Source of the DNA: an uncultured Trueperaceae bacterium
GTDB lineage: Bacteria > Deinococcota > Deinococci > Deinococcales > Trueperaceae
Assembly (NCBI GenBank): GCA_963815215.1
Contig: CAWFFU010000011.1
Location: forward strand, 352,001-416,000
Reading direction: 5' to 3'
DNA length: 64,000 nt
The translations under genes were made by a program, and so were the position numbers. The notes below the pieces were generated by a model, which did no database searches, was not told the DNA's origin, and was given only the letters and a program-made list of their open reading frames with translations. Shown one piece after another: positions 59,703 to 64,000 of this stretch; the first letter of the stretch is position 1, and each line of letters begins with the position of its first letter.

Positions 59703-60506
59703 ATGGACGCATCATGGCCCTACGGCAACATCGACCTGGCCGCCGCCAACGAGGCCAACTTCGGCACCTTCCTGGCGCTGCAGGAGGGCATGGACGGCGC
59801 GGAGGTGCGGCGCGACGACGGCGCCACCTGGGTGGCCAACGCCTCTCCCATGTTCTGGTTCAACATGGTCACCGGACTGCGCCGTTCGGGCGCGGCGCTG
59901 GACGCTTTCATCGCCGAGGTCAAGGCCACCCACATGCGGCTCGGCACCCCCGTGATGGCCTGGCTCTCCCCCACCGCCGGGCACGCTGCGGAGGCCCTGA
60001 CCGCGGCGGGCATCGGGCCGGCCGGCGAGACGCCGGCGATGGCCGCTCGCCTCGACCGGCTCGTCGCACCGGAGCCGGGCGCCGGCGTCACCGTCGAACG
60101 CGTGGCCGACGAACGCGTCCTGCGGGAGTTCGCGCGGACGATCGTGCACGGCACCGGCATGCCGGAGTACGAGGACGCCTGGTTCGCGTTCTTCCAGCGC
60201 CTCGGGCTGGCACCGGACGCGCCGGTCCAGAACGTGCTCGCGCGCGTCGACGGCGCGCCCGCCGCGGGGGCGACGGTGTCCATGTCCGACGACGTGGCCG
60301 GACTCTACGGCGTCGCCACGCTGGCGGCGTACCGGCGGCGCGGGCTCGGCGCCCTGGTGAGCAAGGCCGCCCTCGACCTTGCGCGCGACCGCGACTACAC
60401 CGTGGGCATCCTGCAATCCTCGAACCTCGGTCTCGGGGTGTACCGGAAGATGGGCTTCGAGGAGACCTTTCGCTACCAGATCCATCACTGGTCGCCTGCC
60501 GACTGA
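59703..60506 (+). CDS. GNAT family acetyltransferase
   Basis: AGLYGVATLAAYRRRGLG, LQSSNLGLGVYRKMGF. Confidence 0.9.
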   Translation: MDASWPYGNIDLAAANEANFGTFLALQEGMDGAEVRRDDGATWVANASPMFWFNMVTGLRRSGAALDAFIAEVKATHMRLGTPVMAWLSPTAGHAAEALTAAGIGPAGETPAMAARLDRLVAPEPGAGVTVERVADERVLREFARTIVHGTGMPEYEDAWFAFFQRLGLAPDAPVQNVLARVDGAPAAGATVSMSDDVAGLYGVATLAAYRRRGLGALVSKAALDLARDRDYTVGILQSSNLGLGVYRKMGFEETFRYQIHHWSPAD

Positions 60507-61031
60507 GCCGCGCGACTGCAGCGCAGGGCCACCTACGACAGGCGTACCCTCCATCAAGCCCAGGATGCTTCTATATCTGTCAACCACCCAACACCGACTG
60601 CTGCCACGCGATCGGCACATCAGCCGGCAGCAAGTCGTACGACAACACCTCATCCAACGCGGGCCACGCCACCGCATCATGCACGGTCGACCGCAGAGGC
60701 GACCGAAGCCACGACGTACGAAACGCCACCAGCTCCAGATCGCCATAGTCGACCTCCGTGCGAGCGAGCTCCTCGGCGACAACCACGTCCACCCCGAGCA
60801 GGAGGTGTTCGCAGCCTGAGCAGACGAGGGGCTCTTCGAAGAAGCTACCCACTCTCAGGACCTGAGCCAGGAGCCACGGGCGTCCGCGCGCACGTGGGGC
60901 CGTCCTGTGCGTATACTCCTGATATACGCAGGGTTATGCGGTGTGCACAACCGCTGTTAGGTGTGGCTGACCGGATGCGCGGCAGATTCCTGCGCGAGCG
61001 AACTCTGTTGCGACTATGGAAAGGGCGGCCG

Positions 61032-61760
61032 ATGTCGCGAAGCGAACCTGCTGGCGGGAAGAACGATTCTTCTTGGACCGTTCTTTACAGGATTGGTGGG
61101 TTCGCTGCACTGGTTGCTCTCGCGTTCATTCCTATCCAGCTGGTCATCTTCATCGCCTCACCACCACCAGAAACAGCGCTCGGCCATCTGAACCTGCTTC
61201 AGGAGAACTGGTTTCTGGGCCTTCTCAGTCTCGACCTTCAGTATGCGGTCTTCGCGGTGCTCCCAATGGGTCTGCTGACTCTCGCCCTGTGCGTTGCTCT
61301 CAGGCGGACTCATCAGTCCTTTGTCGCCATCGCGCTATTCCTAGGAATCGTGTCGACGACGGTCTACTTTGCCTCAAACGTTGCTTTCGACATGCTCTGG
61401 CTCAGCAATCGGTACGCGGCTGCTGTGACGGACGTCCAAAGGGCCAGCCTTCTAGCGGCAAGCGAGGCGCTGCTCGCCACGTATCATGGCACCGCCTATG
61501 ACGTGTACTACGTCCTGGGCGGGATCGTAGGGCTGATACTCGCGTTCGTCATGATACAGAGTGGTGTCTTCACCAAGCTGACCGCCTACACGGGCCTCGT
61601 GATGAACACGATGATGCTGGTGCCGGCCACCGCAGGGATCCTGGGCATGTCTCTCGCCATGGCTTCCCTGATTCCCACGACGCTATGGTTGGTGCTCGTG
61701 GCCCGACGGCTCTTTGGATTAGGGCGAACCGAAGCTGTTTCGGAACGGGTCGCCGCGTAG
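61032..61760 (+). CDS. DUF4386-like membrane protein, lower GC than the backbone
   Basis: LYRIGGFAAL…PPP…LQENWFLGLLSLDL; about six TM segments. Confidence 0.7.
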   Translation: MSRSEPAGGKNDSSWTVLYRIGGFAALVALAFIPIQLVIFIASPPPETALGHLNLLQENWFLGLLSLDLQYAVFAVLPMGLLTLALCVALRRTHQSFVAIALFLGIVSTTVYFASNVAFDMLWLSNRYAAAVTDVQRASLLAASEALLATYHGTAYDVYYVLGGIVGLILAFVMIQSGVFTKLTAYTGLVMNTMMLVPATAGILGMSLAMASLIPTTLWLVLVARRLFGLGRTEAVSERVAA

Positions 61761-61910
61761 TGAGCGCCGAACCAGCGCGCCAACACAGGCAGGGCACTCG
61801 GAAGGTGGCATCGGGCAGGAATCGTAGCGCCCTGTTGGGCACGCGCAACGCAAGCACGTACCAGCACAGAGGGCCGCACAAAACCGTGCAACGTGCGGTC
61901 TCTCTTGCCG

Positions 61911-62321
61911 TCAGCGGAGGAGCGCGACGTTGAGGTACTCGCCCAGGCCGATGGCGAGGTGCGTTTTCCCGACGCCTGGCGGTCCCTGGATGAGCAGGGT
62001 CTCCTTGTCGCGGAGCCAGGCGCAGGTGGCGAGCGTTTCGATGCGGCTGCGATCGACGTTGGGTTGGAAGGCGAAGTCGAAGCTGGCGAGGGTCTGGCCG
62101 GTGGGGAGGCCGGAGAGCCTGAGGCTGGTGCGGATGCGGCGTTCCTCGCGGAAGCCGAGGTCGTCGTCGAGCAACCGGTCGAGGAAGGCGTGGTTGGAGG
62201 TCTCGTTCTTCACGCCGTCAGCGAGGCGCTCGGGGAGCAGCTCGGCGGCGTGCTCCAGGCCCACGCGCTGCAACCGGGCGGCCATGGCGTCCAGGTCGAC
62301 CTTGGGTTGGGTGGCTTTCAT
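61911..62321 (-). pseudogene. istB: IS21 helper ATPase IstB, truncated just after Walker A
   Basis: SFDFAFQPNVD…GPPGVGKTHLAIGLG then an early stop; no Walker B. Confidence 0.9.
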
Positions 62322-63547
62322 CGCGCGACCTCGGCCAGCGCTGCGTACAAGTCCAGCGGCCTGCTGTCGGGTGTCATCATGGCGATCTCCTCCAACCTGC
62401 GACCCATCCCGCCGAGCGGCTGTGGTGGCTGCACGCCGTCGGTGGCGGGGCACTCGAAGTGCTGTGGGTTGAGCAGGATTCGCTCCTGCGCGCCGCGAGG
62501 GTGCGCGGCGATGATGCTGGCGCCTGCCAGGATCTGCACGCGATCGTGGCAACCCCTGACCTCGACCTGTCGCCCCACCAGGGCGAAGGGCACGCTGTAG
62601 GCGCGGCTCTCGAAGTTCACGGTGCAGTCCAGGTTCACGCGCCGGGTCACCGCGATATCGAAGGGCTCCGGTAGAACCGGCAACGGCATCAACGCGGGCA
62701 GCTCCGCCCGGTGCGCCTCCGCCACGCTGGTGCCCGTAGCGGGGCAGGTGCGGCGCTGCCAGCGTTCAGTCACGCGCTCGTCGGTCCACGCCTGCAGCTC
62801 CGCCAGGTCGTTCCAGTGCCGGCTGTAGGGGTTGCAGCCGCTGCGCTGCTGGCGGATGCGACGCTCCACCTTGCCCTTCGCCTCCGGGCTGCTGGGCGGG
62901 CAGGCGTCGATGTGGAAGCGCACGCTTTCGGCGTACCGGCGGTAGGTGGCGTTCAACGTGCCCCACGCACCGGCGCCACGGCTGACAGCGGTCTTCTCGT
63001 TATCCACCCGCACCGTGGCCGGGATGCCGCCCAGCCGGCGGAAGGCATCGTTGTGGCACGACAACCAGGCGAGCTGGTTCTTCGAGGAACTCCCCACGAT
63101 GGCGTCGGCGCGGGAGTGGCTGAGCTGCAGCACGAACGCCAGCAAGTCCATCTGCCGGCCTCCCAGCCACACCGCCGGGAAGTGCGCCCAGTCCGCCTGA
63201 GCCTGCGCCCCTGGCGGCGTTTCGATGCGGCGACGGGCCCGCACCGGCGGAGAGGGGAAGGCTTTGCGAACGTAACGCTGCAGATTCCGGAGGCTGCCCG
63301 GGTAGTCATGCTCCGCCACCAGCCAGTCGTGCAGGTCGGTGATGTTGCTGGGGGAGCGCTCGCCGACCGCCGCCAAGTACGCGTCGATCGCCTCCCGGTA
63401 GCCCCCGGCCTGCTCACCCAGGCGGCGAAGCCGGTAGCGCACGGCGCCCTCGCTCACGCCCAGCAGCCGAGCCGCCTCGCGGTTGCTCACGCCCTTCGCA
63501 GCCAGCGTACGCAACGTCACCAGCTCCTCCCCAGCCAGCTTCGCCAT
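62318..63547 (-). CDS. istA: IS21 family transposase IstA
   Basis: HTH, ETPPGAQAQADW, VDNEKTAV, KGKVER (DDE triad), YSVP. ATGA overlap with istB. Confidence 0.93.
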   Translation of the reverse strand: MAKLAGEELVTLRTLAAKGVSNREAARLLGVSEGAVRYRLRRLGEQAGGYREAIDAYLAAVGERSPSNITDLHDWLVAEHDYPGSLRNLQRYVRKAFPSPPVRARRRIETPPGAQAQADWAHFPAVWLGGRQMDLLAFVLQLSHSRADAIVGSSSKNQLAWLSCHNDAFRRLGGIPATVRVDNEKTAVSRGAGAWGTLNATYRRYAESVRFHIDACPPSSPEAKGKVERRIRQQRSGCNPYSRHWNDLAELQAWTDERVTERWQRRTCPATGTSVAEAHRAELPALMPLPVLPEPFDIAVTRRVNLDCTVNFESRAYSVPFALVGRQVEVRGCHDRVQILAGASIIAAHPRGAQERILLNPQHFECPATDGVQPPQPLGGMGRRLEEIAMMTPDSRPLDLYAALAEVAR

Positions 63548-63625
63548 GCCATGATCGTCCACCGAAAATCATGGCAGGCGCGGCCCGAACGAGTGCGCAA
63601 ATCTGGATGTCGCCCTAGCTCAACA

Positions 63626-63775
63626 GTAGACCGTCGCACCACAGTCGGAGAGCACCGTGCGCCGAGCGATCCGTTCCCCCGTCGTGGCGTCGTCGCCACG
63701 CTCCAAGAAGAGCTTCTTCGAGGTCTCGCCGAGCCGACCACGAGAGCCCGGTTGCCAACGCCCCGGTCCCGACAT
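63626..63775 (-). pseudogene. TetR family regulator N-terminal remnant
   Basis: GRWQPGSRGRL…LFLERGDDATTGERIARR resembles the MGRWEP..RGRL..ELF.ERGY..TT TetR start; ends at the IS21 boundary. Confidence 0.65.
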
Positions 63776-63784
63776 GCGCAGCAC

Positions 63785-63834
63785 TTGACAGTGACTGACA
63801 TCACGCGTACCCTTAATGTCAGTCACTGACATCA
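63785..63834. promoter_or_regulatory. SDR promoter overlapped by two TetR-type operators
   Basis: TTGACA-17 nt-TACCCT; palindromes TTGACAGTGACTGACATCA and ATGTCAGT-C-ACTGACAT. Confidence 0.75.
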
Positions 63835-63887
63835 GGCGTCCTCGCCGGCACCTGTCCGTCCGTGCACGCATGTCGAAGGAGGCAACC

Positions 63888-64000
63888 ATGCACGTCTTCA
63901 TCACCGGTGGCAGCGGCCTGATCGGCTCCGCAACCGTCGCAGAGCTCCTCGGCCACGGCCACAGCGTCCTCGCCCTCGCACGCTCGGACGCGGCGGCGAA
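63888..64000 (+). CDS. SDR / NAD-dependent epimerase, partial at window end
   Basis: [42 protein letters not shown]. Confidence 0.88.
   Translation, partial: MHVFITGGSGLIGSATVAELLGHGHSVLALARSDAAA

Larger units (their letters stand above)
61911..63625 (-). mobile_element. Partial IS21 element
   Basis: istA-istB'. Probable left end TGTTGAG… at 63625; right end not found. Confidence 0.8.

Noticed and set aside
60520..60860. Possible transposase remnant or the small ORF 60580..60852
   Set aside because: Only a vague resemblance to transposase C-termini; no catalytic motifs, terminal repeats or RBS that I can support.

Overview
High-GC bacterial chromosome segment. Gene content and the many TANNNT -10 boxes placed just before start codons point to Deinococcota, probably Truepera-like (inference). 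Most of the window is housekeeping: M32 carboxypeptidase, dynamin-like GTPase, pheA, carB, rnr, a MarR/GbsR-LolCDE-like ABC operon, polyprenyl synthase, rex, SPOR and TPR proteins, rlmN, glgC, ftsH, a PASTA protein, a heterodimeric ABC exporter, a DarA-like c-di-AMP receptor, tRNA-Ala and tRNA-Lys. Three accessory loci stand out. (1) 3954-9421: an atypical chaperone-usher-like pilus locus (pilin, chaperone, two-domain tip subunit, convergent usher-like beta-barrel protein), full of indels. It is headed by a c-di-GMP-II riboswitch whose alternative pairing covers the pilin Shine-Dalgarno, predicting a translational ON switch. (2) 47822-56658: a Rieske-less cytochrome b module, TSUP/DUF1634 genes and an acsA-pdhA-pdhB-pdhC-ACP operon without E3. 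(3) From 56926: an island at tRNA-Lys. It begins with an integrase-less 2390-bp unit carrying an NHL-repeat lipoprotein, bounded by a 134-bp imperfect direct repeat (tRNA 3' half plus downstream sequence) and paired TGACACCT motifs resembling integrase arm sites. A GNAT gene, a DUF4386-like gene, a truncated IS21 and a broken TetR/SDR pair follow. All family calls come from motif recognition by eye; no database searches were run.
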